In this document: positions 9,843 through 19,070 of the stretch, in pieces
How positions within the stretch are numbered: the first letter of the stretch is position 1
How the letters are laid out: each line of letters begins with the position of its first letter
Assembly (NCBI GenBank): GCA_964428655.1
Contig: CAYRYE010000002.1
Location: 103,472-167,471, forward strand
Source: an uncultured Gammaproteobacteria bacterium
Lineage (GTDB): Bacteria > Patescibacteriota > Microgenomatia > UBA12405 > JAHJSD01
Length of the DNA: 64,000 bases
Direction: 5' to 3'
Program-made: the position numbers and the translations under genes
The notes under the pieces: generated by a model
The model's input: only the letters and a program-made list of their open reading frames with translations
Databases searched by the model: none
What the model was told of the DNA's origin: nothing

Positions 9843-9917
9843 GCTCCCGTAGCTCAACGGACAGAGCACTGGTCTTCGGAACCAGGGATGAGAGTTCAAT
9901 TCCCTCCGGGAGCACCA
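9843..9917 (+). tRNA. tRNA-Arg (anticodon TCG), CCA encoded
   Basis: Acceptor GCTCCCG/CGGGAGC, anticodon loop CTTCGGA, T-loop TTCAATT (one A.C mismatch in T-stem). Confidence 0.65.
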
Positions 9918-9918
9918 G

Positions 9919-9990
9919 GCCTGGATAGCTCAGAGGTGGAGCATTCCCTTGGTAAGGGAAAGGCCGTGGGTTCGAATCCCACTCCAGGCT
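9919..9990 (+). tRNA. tRNA-Thr (anticodon GGT), no CCA
   Basis: Acceptor GCCTGGA/TCCAGGC, anticodon stem TTCCC/GGGAA with loop TTGGTAA, T-arm GTGGG-TTCGAAT-CCCAC. Confidence 0.75.
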
Positions 9991-10015
9991 CAAAAATGTA
10001 GTATAATCACCCATT

Positions 10016-10192
10016 ATGGCAAAGAAAAAAGGGCCGAGAATGATTGTTGGCTTAGTTTGTTCAGAGTGTAATTCTTTTAACTACATCACTGAAAGAAACA
10101 AAGCCAACACGCCGGAAAAACTAAAATTAAAAAAATACTGCCGAAAGTGCAAAAAGCGGACTGAGCACAAAGAAACGCAAAAGCTGAAGTAA
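10016..10192 (+). CDS. rpmG: 50S ribosomal protein L33 (58 aa, below ORF-track cutoff; found by reading)
   Basis: MAKKKGPRMIVGLVCSECNSFNYITERNKANTPEKLKLKKYCRKCKKRTEHKETQKLK: CxxC...CxxC zinc ribbon and NK..P..L.LKKYC bL33 signature; classic location among tRNAs upstream of tRNA-Trp/secE/nusG; TATAAT at 10002-10007. Confidence 0.8.
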   Translation: MAKKKGPRMIVGLVCSECNSFNYITERNKANTPEKLKLKKYCRKCKKRTEHKETQKLK

Positions 10193-10195
10193 AAG

Positions 10196-10267
10196 GGGCC
10201 CGTAGTATAACGGCTAGTACATCGCCATGGCATGGCGAAAATAGGGGTTCGATTCCCCTCGGGTCCA
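10196..10267 (+). tRNA. tRNA-Ala (anticodon GGC), no CCA
   Basis: Acceptor GGGCCCG/CGGGTCC with G3:U70 identity pair, anticodon loop ATGGCAT. Confidence 0.75.
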
Positions 10268-10269
10268 CT

Positions 10270-10343
10270 AGGGGCGTCGGTTAATGGTAAACCACGGGTC
10301 TCCAAAACCCGGACTGGGGGTTCGATTCCCTCCGCCCCTGCCA
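10270..10343 (+). tRNA. tRNA-Trp (anticodon CCA), CCA encoded
   Basis: Acceptor AGGGGCG/CGCCCCT, anticodon stem CGGGT/ACCCG with loop CTCCAAA, T-arm GGGGG-TTCGATT-CCCTC. Confidence 0.8.
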
Positions 10344-10345
10344 GC

Positions 10346-10663
10346 ATGAAAAAACGTCAAAAACAATCATCGCAAAATTTGGTCAAAGACATTGCCAAAA
10401 CTCTAGAACTAGCGCCAGAAAAAGTCAATCTTGCCAAGTTAGGTCAAGAACATCACAAAAAACCTCGCTTTGTTTACGGATTTACTACTCCTTCAGTAAG
10501 AAACGGGAAGAAAATCCCAGCTGGTTTTTTCAAAGTATCCGGCTCAAAGCACGCCAAACAAATAAAAAGAGAGAGTTTAGCCATGCAAATAGCAAATGAG
10601 CAACTGAATGTTCCTACTGTCGGCATAATCTCACCCACAAAAAAATGCCTGGTGGCGGCATGA
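10346..10663 (+). CDS. N-lobe fragment of an aminoglycoside-phosphotransferase (APH)/choline-kinase-like protein kinase-fold enzyme
   Basis: 105 aa; FVYGF...FFKVS (beta3 Lys), IKRESLAMQ (alphaC Glu), LNVPTV hinge-like segment; stop overlaps start of next ORF (ATGA). Confidence 0.5.
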   Translation: MKKRQKQSSQNLVKDIAKTLELAPEKVNLAKLGQEHHKKPRFVYGFTTPSVRNGKKIPAGFFKVSGSKHAKQIKRESLAMQIANEQLNVPTVGIISPTKKCLVAA

Positions 10664-11418
10664 TTTTGGAACTGGCCTTTTTAGATTTTGAAAAAGATGG
10701 TCAAGTCATCATTAATAATGACCAAATTGCTAAAGCCAATCCGAGACTAGGAATCAGAGCGGCGAAAACTCTCTGCTTGTTCAGCGGTCAGGAAATTCCT
10801 GAGAGAGTTAACCATCTTGTTTTTAAACGAGGCGACTGGAGAAATAAATCGCCACGGTGTTTTTGGCAGATATGGGAAAAGTGTAGAGGGCGAGTATTTA
10901 AGCAAAAGTTCAAAGAAATGGTGGATGATCTAATCGGAGCCCAAAAGTTAAAAAAAATCATTAGATCTGCCAAGAAAGACATAAGCTCACTGTTTGAAAC
11001 GAAGAAAGAAACTGGAAAAAGGTATTTTGTTCACAATGATGCTTCGCCAAGTAATATGTTTTTCGGCCATGATGGTAAAGCCTTACTCTTGGATTTTGAA
11101 CACGCCGGGGTAACCCGCCACCAAGTATTGGCTTTAATTACCGATCTTGGTAACTTTTCCGGAAGATGCTGGCCCAATCCCAAAATGCAACAAGAATTTT
11201 TGGCAGAATGTCTCAAGACTAAAAATTTAGGAAGTTTAAAAAAACGGTACAAGTTAATAAAAGGCGTGTTGGTATTTGGAACCATCTTTTTGGCAAAATA
11301 TGGCATGGGTACGCGTCAAAAAGAACATCAGATGTCTGTCTCGCTGTTAGAAAACCTAGAAAAAGCATTGCTGAGAATAGACCAAGAATACAAATCACTT
11401 TCTAGCATGGTTCACTAG
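10660..11418 (+). CDS. C-lobe of APH/kinase-like phosphotransferase (split from the upstream ORF by a frame change)
   Basis: [13 protein letters not shown] catalytic loop (HxDxxxxN) and LLDFEHAG (DFE = DFG equivalent); ATG at 10660 chosen. Confidence 0.55.
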   Translation: MILELAFLDFEKDGQVIINNDQIAKANPRLGIRAAKTLCLFSGQEIPERVNHLVFKRGDWRNKSPRCFWQIWEKCRGRVFKQKFKEMVDDLIGAQKLKKIIRSAKKDISSLFETKKETGKRYFVHNDASPSNMFFGHDGKALLLDFEHAGVTRHQVLALITDLGNFSGRCWPNPKMQQEFLAECLKTKNLGSLKKRYKLIKGVLVFGTIFLAKYGMGTRQKEHQMSVSLLENLEKALLRIDQEYKSLSSMVH

Positions 11419-11449
11419 GTTTACACGCGAAAATCTTAATATAAGAGCA

Positions 11450-12838
11450 ATGACAAAGAAATTTCGGAAATTTAAAAACCTAAAATCACGTCCACCGCTA
11501 AAGGAACGGCTTTTTCATAGCAAAGTTGTCAACCAAGCAATTGCTGATATTTCTCAGCGAATCAAGGATCCGGATATCAAACGAATGTTTAGCCACTGTT
11601 TACCTAATACCTTAGACACTACTGTTTGCTATCGAGAAAGCAAGGCCGGCAAACCCGATACTTTTATTGTGACAGGAGACATCCCGGCCATGTGGCTCCG
11701 TGATTCAACCAGTCAGATTTGGCCGTATCTAAGATTCATCCAACAAGACAAAAAGCTTCAAAAACTTTTTATTGGCCTGATCAATCGTCAAGTAAAAAAT
11801 ATTTTGATTGACCCGTATGCCAATGCCTTTAAAGACATTGGCGCCCCACGCACCAAAAGAAACCCCTGGTGGCCCAAGGGCAAAGCTTGGAAAAAAGGAG
11901 TCTGGGAAAGAAAGTATGAGCTTGACAGTCCTTGTGCTTTTTTTCGCCTGTCTGCTGGCTACTACGAAGCAACAATGGATACTGACCCCTTTGATAAAAA
12001 CTGGCTGAAAGCAGTTAAGCTGGCGATTAAGATTATCAAAGATGAGCAAAATACTCTTGATAAACAAAACCTTAAAACCATGTTTAGGTTTTTCATGCCT
12101 AACCGAAAACCCCACCCCGCCATTCGCTTGCGAGGCTATGGCTATCCTGGCAAAAAATGCGGACTCAGCCGAACTGTATTTAGACCGTCTGATGATGAAG
12201 CCGTGTTTCCCTATTTAATCCCTGCCAATGCTTTAGCGGTGGTCACTCTTCGCGGCGTTTCAAAAATACTCAAACAAAAAAAGCAAAATCAACTCGCCCA
12301 AGCAACAATCCATCTTGCCGGGGAAATTGACCAGGGAATTAAAAAATACGGCGTGGTCGAACACAAAAAGTTTGGCAAGGTCTTTGCCTACGAAATAGAT
12401 GGCTTCGGCTCACATTGTTTGATGGATGACCCAAACGTACCCAATTTACTGAGCCTGCCTTACTTGGGCTACTGTTTGCCAAACGATCCAACTTATTTGG
12501 CAACTAGAAAGTTAGTTCTTAGTAACTCAAATCCATTTTATGCTAAAGGTAAAGTAGCTTTCGGAATGACTAGCCCTCATCGGGGCACAGTTAACCAATT
12601 TTGGCCGATGGGAACAATCATGCAAGCCATGACGTCCAGCGATGAAAACGAAATTACTTCCTGTTTGAAAACACTTAAAAAAACCCATGCCGGTACTTAC
12701 TTTATGCATGAAAGCGTCCATGTTGATAATCCCAAGAAATTCACCAGATCGTGGTTTGCCTGGGCCAATTCGCTTTTTGGAGAATTAATCCTCAAGATTG
12801 CTGAAAAATATCCCAAGATTCTAGAAAAAAACTTATGA
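11450..12838 (+). CDS. glycoside hydrolase family 125-like (DUF1237, metal-independent exo-alpha-1,6-mannosidase family)
   Basis: 462 aa; [13 protein letters not shown] motif characteristic of GH125/DUF1237 (alpha/alpha)6-barrel proteins. Confidence 0.65.
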   Translation: MTKKFRKFKNLKSRPPLKERLFHSKVVNQAIADISQRIKDPDIKRMFSHCLPNTLDTTVCYRESKAGKPDTFIVTGDIPAMWLRDSTSQIWPYLRFIQQDKKLQKLFIGLINRQVKNILIDPYANAFKDIGAPRTKRNPWWPKGKAWKKGVWERKYELDSPCAFFRLSAGYYEATMDTDPFDKNWLKAVKLAIKIIKDEQNTLDKQNLKTMFRFFMPNRKPHPAIRLRGYGYPGKKCGLSRTVFRPSDDEAVFPYLIPANALAVVTLRGVSKILKQKKQNQLAQATIHLAGEIDQGIKKYGVVEHKKFGKVFAYEIDGFGSHCLMDDPNVPNLLSLPYLGYCLPNDPTYLATRKLVLSNSNPFYAKGKVAFGMTSPHRGTVNQFWPMGTIMQAMTSSDENEITSCLKTLKKTHAGTYFMHESVHVDNPKKFTRSWFAWANSLFGELILKIAEKYPKILEKNL

Positions 12839-12869
12839 AAATTATCAAACGGGTTCTAACATAGTCCAT

Positions 12870-12890
12870 TAGCCCCTGCAGATTTGAAAT
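12870..12890. repeat. direct repeat copy 1 (tagcccctgcagatttgaaat)
   Basis: 19/21 nt identical to second copy at 13249-13269. Confidence 0.7.
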
Positions 12891-13248
12891 TTACAAGAGA
12901 AATAAAATGAACAAAAAAAAGAACGTTCTGATTCACTTTTTACAGCTGACGGTGAGTATAAGGACCCAGGAGGCGGAGGAAGAACCCGGCCTCTTCCAGA
13001 GCCTGGGATTTGTCCAAGATCACCAAGAGGTCAGCGTCCTGTTATTACCTTCCCAGGAATAGAATGCCCCCACTGTGGAGAAACACACACGAGAGAAAAC
13101 TTGTCTCCAGTTCGTCGAGCTGGAATAACTCGAAGAAGAACTTAAGCAATCAAAGCCAAGATAGCGCTGGCCGCTATTTTCCAAAGGTGTTAATCTGAGA
13201 TATCTGGAGGGTGTATGCGTTTTTGAATTCGGTTCGAAGTTTTCGATA

Positions 13249-13269
13249 TAGCCCCTGCCGCTTTGAAAT
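13249..13269. repeat. direct repeat copy 2 (tagcccctgccgctttgaaat)
   Basis: 19/21 nt identical to copy at 12870-12890; the pair brackets about 380 bp holding a 51-aa ORF. Confidence 0.7.
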
Positions 13270-13295
13270 CTTTTTGGCGCTACCCAAAACTCACT

Positions 13296-13330
13296 TGAAA
13301 AATAGAATAATATAGGACTATAATAACAAA
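13296..13330 (+). promoter_or_regulatory. sigma70-like promoter (TTGAAA - 18 - TATAAT) upstream of GC-rich segment
   Basis: cttgaaaaatagaataatataggactataat read directly. Confidence 0.45.
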
Positions 13331-13361
13331 GATTATTAATCCAATCATTTTATAAATCAAA

Positions 13362-13646
13362 ATGACGACAGAACATGGTGCCCCAGTGAACGAAGCGGAA
13401 GCGGTAAGGCTAGCTGCCCAAGAAATAGCAGCCCCCCTTTACCGCGCAGTCGCAAGAGGGCTTAGAGAGAAGGGACCAGTAATTGGAACGATTGGGCTGA
13501 TATTGCAGGCAACTCAGCGAGGATCTCCCATTAGACAAATTCTTGAAGGAACTTGCAAGAGACACAGAGTTCCCCTTGACAAAGCAGGCGGACCAACGCA
13601 CTCCAAAGCCGGCGCAACAATCGCCAGAGCTGTTTGGAGAGGATAG
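13362..13646 (+). CDS. hypothetical GC-rich small ORF (94 aa), possibly instead a structured RNA
   Basis: GC about 55% versus about 40% surroundings; alternative ORFs on opposite strand; no recognisable domain. Confidence 0.25.
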   Translation: MTTEHGAPVNEAEAVRLAAQEIAAPLYRAVARGLREKGPVIGTIGLILQATQRGSPIRQILEGTCKRHRVPLDKAGGPTHSKAGATIARAVWRG

Positions 13647-14037
13647 TGAAAAAGATTGCACGCCATTGATGTGGCTAGGTACTGACCGCTAAACAAAGTT
13701 CATCAACTCCTACCACTTCCAGGACTAGAGGCAACACATTGTACATGATTTGTTACTAGTTTAGGCCCATAGACTCGATCCACTATTGTCTTCCCACACT
13801 AAACAATACCAAATCTTTTTCGGTGTAAAGTTCTTTGCCTAGAACATGTCTCAGGCCTATGTGAGCACGTTGAAAAACGAACACCACGACCCTCAGAAAG
13901 CACTCTCAAGTTACCCAAATCTGTCCCCTTCGGAAGCTCACTTCCTTCAGCTAAAATTAGCCTCATTTTATTTATTATAAAAATTGAAGAAGTTCTTGTC
14001 AATAACAATACTATAAAACACCTGAAAAGTGTATCTA

Positions 14038-14673
14038 TTAATCCGGGATCCTTTTACCTCGTTGATCGTGGCAGCGATTTTCTTTCTCATCACAAGCTTC
14101 TTCGCAGGTAGGATCGTTTTCAAAAATTCGAGGACACTCACTAATAAATGGATCTTCAAACTCGGCGCATTCTCCACTAGGTGTACAGGCATAATAAACA
14201 ACGCAGCCATCATTAATACGAATATTGCTGCTGGAAACGCCGTAATTGTACTCACAATCAGAACCACAACCACTCTGACAACCAGCCTTTTCGATCCCTG
14301 AATCTTGAAAATTTTCTAAATTAGCTAGAACCTTAAACCATTGACTGCAATCATCATCTTCAGTTTGATATCCATAACCACTTCTTTTTGGATCACAAGG
14401 AAAATTAGGCAAATAAATCATATTGCCCAGCTCAAGTTTTTCCCCACACTCAGGAAGATCGCCAGGAAAACAACCAGCATCAAAAAAATAATCATAAAGA
14501 GCAGTTTTTATTTTCTCCAGTTCAGCTTTCCTTTTCCCGTCCCTGGCCTTTTTCATTTGAGTCGAGATTAACAATGAACTAAATAAGATAATAAGGCCGA
14601 TAAGAACAATAATTACTAGGAGTTCAAAGAGACTAACCCCTTTAAAAGAATTGCCTCTGGAAGCAATTGTCAT
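14038..14673 (-). CDS. type IV pilin-like protein (prepilin N-terminal cleavage/methylation domain) with Cys-rich C-terminal domain
   Basis: KG|VSLFELLVIIVLIGLI prepilin motif with Glu at +5; 16 Cys in C-terminal 130 aa. Confidence 0.75.
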   Translation of the reverse strand: MTIASRGNSFKGVSLFELLVIIVLIGLIILFSSLLISTQMKKARDGKRKAELEKIKTALYDYFFDAGCFPGDLPECGEKLELGNMIYLPNFPCDPKRSGYGYQTEDDDCSQWFKVLANLENFQDSGIEKAGCQSGCGSDCEYNYGVSSSNIRINDGCVVYYACTPSGECAEFEDPFISECPRIFENDPTCEEACDEKENRCHDQRGKRIPD

Positions 14674-14723
14674 ATTTCAATATAACACACTGATTAACTT
14701 ACACACTCCCGGAGCGCGTAATA

Positions 14724-15377
14724 TCAGGAGTTCAGCCATTTTTGACGGCGGAGATAGGCCCAGAAAAGAAGAATACCGCCAATACCCACAATGCCCATGC
14801 TTAAAATCATCTCCCATTTATCTAGCCCTTCTGAAACAACGAGAAGGGCTTCCCCACTCTGCCATCCCAACCAGCCCAACAACATTCCTCTGACTAATAA
14901 CCCCAGAGCTGTAGATAGATAGAAACCCAGAGGGCGAATCCTCACCGCCCCGCAAACAGCTGAAATCAAGGAAGACGGGATAACCGGAATAGCTCTGAAA
15001 ACAAAGATTAACAATTCATCAACAACTCGTCCTTTAAAATATTTATCCTTAATTTTCACCACATCAGACCACTTAAAATCTAACCACTTGCTGAATTTAT
15101 CAATCAACCATTTCCCCCCAAACCAAGCGGCTAAATAGATCATGGTTGAACCAATGGTTGAACCAATAGCAAAAGGCAAAGCCGCTTTGAAGAAAACTTT
15201 TTCAATTACCTGCCAAAAATTGGAGATTTCTCTGGGAACAAAGAAAAAACCAGCCGCCATTGGCACCAGAGGCGAAGGAATAGGAACAATTATCTGTTCA
15301 ATTAACCCAGCCAAGGCAACACTGGCAACACCATTACCTTTTATTGTCTCAAAAATCAAGTTATTAAAATCCATCAT
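14724..15377 (-). CDS. DedA / SNARE-associated (VTT domain) family membrane protein
   Basis: 217 aa; multi-TM with conserved G-rich re-entrant loops typical of DedA/TVP38. Confidence 0.6.
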   Translation of the reverse strand: MMDFNNLIFETIKGNGVASVALAGLIEQIIVPIPSPLVPMAAGFFFVPREISNFWQVIEKVFFKAALPFAIGSTIGSTMIYLAAWFGGKWLIDKFSKWLDFKWSDVVKIKDKYFKGRVVDELLIFVFRAIPVIPSSLISAVCGAVRIRPLGFYLSTALGLLVRGMLLGWLGWQSGEALLVVSEGLDKWEMILSMGIVGIGGILLFWAYLRRQKWLNS

Positions 15378-15414
15378 AAGAATTAGTATTTAGTATATAG
15401 CATGTGGGGATAAT

Positions 15415-16113
15415 TTAAAAAAATAAACTAAAAGAAATCTGTTTTTTTACCTTTTGAACCCACTGATTAATCTTTTTTTCAGAATAAGGTTTCAGTTTTT
15501 CAAATCTTGGATCAAGGGTGTTTTTGGGTTGAAAGTTTTGCCACTTCCAGATCACGTTCCTTCTACCAACTATTTCTTTAAGCTGGTTTGCCATTTTCAA
15601 TAAAATCTTTTTTTTATGAATTTCGGGAACGATTGTAGTGTGAACTTCAAACAGCTTTTTAGATTTTAAAATCAATTTTAATGCTTTCTTAATTTCTCCT
15701 GTTGCTTCAAAATCAGTAATTTTTGGATATTCTTCCCAAACAGTTTTAAAATCAACTGCCCAAAAATCAACCAAATTCTCTTTAATAAGCTTCCCAATCA
15801 TTTCTGGTAAACTGCCATTAGTTTCAATCATTATCTCTAAACCAATATTTTTTACCTTTTTACAAAAGACGTCCAAATCTTTTTGAAGTATCGGTTCACC
15901 GCCCGTGATCACTAATCCATCCACCCATTTTTTTCTTTTTTCCAAATCAGCCAAAATTTCTTGTGCCGGAATCAGCCTCGTTGTGTTCATTTCAACTAAA
16001 TCTTTATTATGGCAAAAAGGACAACGAAAATTACAGCCTGGAGTAAAAATAACCGCCGCAATTTTCCCCGGCCATTCAATTAGTGAAGTTTGCAAATACC
16101 CGGCAATTTTCAT
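15415..16113 (-). CDS. nrdG: anaerobic ribonucleoside-triphosphate reductase activating protein (radical SAM)
   Basis: CNFRCPFC (Cx3Cx2C), GGEP motif; last gene of nrdD operon with 4-nt overlap to upstream ORF. Confidence 0.8.
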   Translation of the reverse strand: MKIAGYLQTSLIEWPGKIAAVIFTPGCNFRCPFCHNKDLVEMNTTRLIPAQEILADLEKRKKWVDGLVITGGEPILQKDLDVFCKKVKNIGLEIMIETNGSLPEMIGKLIKENLVDFWAVDFKTVWEEYPKITDFEATGEIKKALKLILKSKKLFEVHTTIVPEIHKKKILLKMANQLKEIVGRRNVIWKWQNFQPKNTLDPRFEKLKPYSEKKINQWVQKVKKQISFSLFF

Positions 16114-16448
16114 AGTTCTTTTTTTTCTTCATACTGACCCGGACTCCAAGCTGGAGAACTAGCCATAACTACTCTCATATCTCCCTCGACCTGATACCAT
16201 TTCCCTTTTTCAATCATCACCAAATCACCAACACTAATCTCAAATATTTCATCACCAAGGTAAAACTTCCCTCCACCTTTTAAAACAAAATAAGTCATAT
16301 CAACTTTTTCATTTTTCGCCCAGCCCTTTTCCGGATAACCCCCTTTAATATCTACAATTGCCAAATCTAGATTTTTAGTTCCTCCATACTCAAAAACCGT
16401 GCAGGTTGGTTTTTTAAAAACTTGTGCTTTTTGTTTTTTAACTAGCAT
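16110..16448 (-). CDS. cupin-domain protein
   Basis: 112 aa; two-motif cupin beta-barrel pattern; translationally coupled within nrdD operon. Confidence 0.55.
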   Translation of the reverse strand: MLVKKQKAQVFKKPTCTVFEYGGTKNLDLAIVDIKGGYPEKGWAKNEKVDMTYFVLKGGGKFYLGDEIFEISVGDLVMIEKGKWYQVEGDMRVVMASSPAWSPGQYEEKKEL

Positions 16449-16471
16449 AGTTTTAACAGGTTTCTTTAACT

Positions 16472-16759
16472 TTAATTTTTAATTTTGGCTTTTAAATCTC
16501 TAAGGCTTGGCACTTCGCCACGCCAACTAGCAATTTCTTTACCCCCATCGTTGCATAATAATATTGTTGGCGTGCTCATGACCATGTAAAAGGCGGCTTC
16601 GGCCATACCGTCGACAGTATCGATGTCAAACTTTTCAAGTTTAGGCTTCTTGCCACCCGTCCCACCGTCCCGATGTAACATCGTGAGGAGGGACTTCACC
16701 ACTTTTTTCGCTGCCGGACATTTTGGGCAATTCTTTTTAGTAAAGAGTTTTAAAATCAC
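16472..16759 (-). CDS. glutaredoxin/thioredoxin-like small redoxin (CPKC active site)
   Basis: 95 aa; KKNCPKCPAAKK N-terminal CxxC in thioredoxin fold context; within nrdD operon. Confidence 0.65.
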   Translation of the reverse strand: MILKLFTKKNCPKCPAAKKVVKSLLTMLHRDGGTGGKKPKLEKFDIDTVDGMAEAAFYMVMSTPTILLCNDGGKEIASWRGEVPSLRDLKAKIKN

Positions 16760-16980
16760 TTCTGCTCCTTTGCCAATTCAAATCTATAAAAAGCTTTACC
16801 ATTGCGGGTTATTTTTTCCAAAAACATATCTTTGGGCCTAACCCAAATCCGACCATCGTCTAAATGAATATAAACCACCATATCTTCTTCTGTTTCGCTA
16901 TGCTTCGCTTCAAACAAAACTTTCATTTTATAACCTTTAAAATGATTGTAAAGACCACCAATAATTAACTTTCTTGACAT
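16756..16980 (-). CDS. DUF1653-like small protein
   Basis: 74 aa; YNHFKGYKMKV...MVVYIHLDDGRIWVRP resembles DUF1653 signature (Y.HYKGG.Y ... WVRP). Confidence 0.45.
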   Translation of the reverse strand: MSRKLIIGGLYNHFKGYKMKVLFEAKHSETEEDMVVYIHLDDGRIWVRPKDMFLEKITRNGKAFYRFELAKEQK

Positions 16981-19070
16981 TAAAACCTCCCTTCATTCTT
17001 ATAACGATCTTTTAATTCGGCGATTTTACCTTTATTCCACCGACTAGTGAGGCTGAAAAAGCCAGAAACGCGAGTAATATAGTCAACATTTTTACTCTTG
17101 CAATAGGGACATTTTTTCAATAACCCTCGAGCTGTTTTTCGGCAATCATCGCAAAGGGTAAATTCAGGAGAAAAAGCAACCAGCTGGTTTTGTGTTTGAT
17201 AAAAAGTCTTTTCAATAAAATTGGCAATTGACTGCGGCGGCGGCTTTTGCTCACCCAGCCAAATATGCGTCATAGCACCAGCATCAATCAAGGGGTGGAA
17301 TAAGCCTTCTTTAGCCACCCGCTCAATAGGATCTATATTAGCGGAAACATTCATCTGAGTTGAATTAGTATAATAGACTGCCCCTGTTTTAAGATTGCCT
17401 TTAACCACTTGCTTTGCCTGCTCCGGGAACCATTCCAAATCCAGTTTAGCCAAACGATAAGAAGTCCCTTCTGCCGGAGTCTGTTCAGTGCAAATCCGAA
17501 TTCCTAATTCCTTACTCTGCTTCTGGGTACAAAGCCTCATAAAGGAAATTACTTTTAGGCCAAATTTTATAGCCTCATCTGATTGATGAAGCTCCTGTCC
17601 CAAATGATACTGAATCATCTCGTTTAAACCATAAATAGTAGTCAGCTCAACTGAACGGTCAAAACGATAATAAGGATAAGGATCATTTTCCTGCCGTGTG
17701 CAAAGGACCGCCAAAGGCCCAGCCGCTCCCAAGTCAAGAATCCTTTTAATAAAACGCCGTTTTTGAAGATGCGCTTGGGCAATTAAATCCAGCCGCTTTT
17801 TTAACAAAGAAAAAAGTTTCTTTTCATTATGTCCTGCTTTGTAAGCGATCCGCGGCAAATTAACCGTCAGCCAGCTGGTAGAGGAATGTCTCATTAATTC
17901 CGGCTTTTTGGTTTCAAGCAGATCCTGCTTGTCCAACTTAAAGGATAAACGACAGCACTGAGAAATCCGCACACTGCTTCCCCGATCAAAAAAGAACTCG
18001 GTATTCCCCTTTTCAATAGCTACCTGGGCGGCTAATTCCAAAAATTCTTTATGCCCCGGAGTCTGCCAAAATTTTTCCGTCATATGAAAATTCGGCTTAG
18101 GCCAAAAAAAGGGTCTCCCGACTCCGTCTCCGCCAAGATAAACTTTCATCAAGGCAGTCAAAAATCGCTGAGCGTCCTTTTGATAATATTTATAAGTTTT
18201 GCCTGTATATTTACCTCCTGGGCCAATGGCCGGAGTGTTAGCATAATGATCTGGTATCTCCCAATAAAGATTAATGTCGGAAAAAACCGCCTGGCCGCCC
18301 TTGGCAACATTTTGCATATTAAATTCGTAAACCATTAATTGAGCCAAATCATAAAGTTCTTTATCAGACATCCCAGTCAAAAAGGGAGCTAGAAAGATGT
18401 TGACTGCCTCCCAACCAATTGCTCCGGAAAAATTAACCTGCAGCATACAGGAAAATTTTATCAAATGCAGAATTAAAACATGAGCGTGCTTAGCAGGCTT
18501 GGCCATTGCCAACGAAGCAGCTACATTCAAACCGTATTTTTTAACATATTCAAGATTATTACCACAGCAATAAGGCCGATCAGGAAAAGTCAACTTGTGC
18601 AAATGAATATCCCCGCGTAAATGAGCATCGGCCACTCGAGGCGAATAGATCTCAGTCAAAGCATAATCTTTTTTCATTGAACCGGCCAAAGTCATATTGG
18701 TTGTTTCCGGAGTGTGGGGATTATTAGAAGAAACCTGCTCGTTATGAGCTAAGATAACATTGCCCACATCATAAATCGGCAATCCCAAGCGCCGATATTT
18801 ACGGTATTCTCTCTGCAAGCCCCGGTTAAGCAATTCCGCTCCCACTAAAGCCCGAACCAGGGCGCCGGTAATACGCTTGATCTTTAATCGCCGAACTTTT
18901 CGTTCTACTTTTTCGGCAACTTCTTTTAATAAACCATCAGTTAAACCGGTTTCTTGCTTCAAAGATTTAATAATATAACAGTTATCCCAAGAGCCAATTT
19001 CCTCACTGGTAGTTCTCACTTGCATAGTTAAATCCCTAATCTCGTCGCGTTTTGTTGGTACCGGGCTCAT
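16980..19070 (-). CDS. nrdD: anaerobic ribonucleoside-triphosphate reductase (class III), paralog with N-terminal ATP-cone and RVSGFF glycyl-radical motif
   Basis: 696 aa; HLRGDIHLHKL...YCCGNNLEY NrdD N-terminal motif, CCRLSF, C-terminal Zn ribbon CDDC...CPYC and ITRVSGFFS glycyl-radical loop; about 100-aa ATP-cone-like N-terminus. Confidence 0.8.
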   Translation of the reverse strand: MSPVPTKRDEIRDLTMQVRTTSEEIGSWDNCYIIKSLKQETGLTDGLLKEVAEKVERKVRRLKIKRITGALVRALVGAELLNRGLQREYRKYRRLGLPIYDVGNVILAHNEQVSSNNPHTPETTNMTLAGSMKKDYALTEIYSPRVADAHLRGDIHLHKLTFPDRPYCCGNNLEYVKKYGLNVAASLAMAKPAKHAHVLILHLIKFSCMLQVNFSGAIGWEAVNIFLAPFLTGMSDKELYDLAQLMVYEFNMQNVAKGGQAVFSDINLYWEIPDHYANTPAIGPGGKYTGKTYKYYQKDAQRFLTALMKVYLGGDGVGRPFFWPKPNFHMTEKFWQTPGHKEFLELAAQVAIEKGNTEFFFDRGSSVRISQCCRLSFKLDKQDLLETKKPELMRHSSTSWLTVNLPRIAYKAGHNEKKLFSLLKKRLDLIAQAHLQKRRFIKRILDLGAAGPLAVLCTRQENDPYPYYRFDRSVELTTIYGLNEMIQYHLGQELHQSDEAIKFGLKVISFMRLCTQKQSKELGIRICTEQTPAEGTSYRLAKLDLEWFPEQAKQVVKGNLKTGAVYYTNSTQMNVSANIDPIERVAKEGLFHPLIDAGAMTHIWLGEQKPPPQSIANFIEKTFYQTQNQLVAFSPEFTLCDDCRKTARGLLKKCPYCKSKNVDYITRVSGFFSLTSRWNKGKIAELKDRYKNEGRF

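Noticed and set aside
9691-10347. ORFs 9691-10014(-), 9722-9928(+), 10081-10347(-), 10086-10268(-), 10232-10345 part of (+)
   Set aside because: They run across the tRNA island; their translations are just reading through tRNA genes (GIRTPV..., GVRFPSGP...). The only real CDS here is rpmG (10016-10192) and the gene starting at 10346.
12906-13061. 51-aa ORF between the two 21-nt direct repeats as an annotated gene
   Set aside because: No homology or motif; mentioned only as content of the repeat-bracketed segment.
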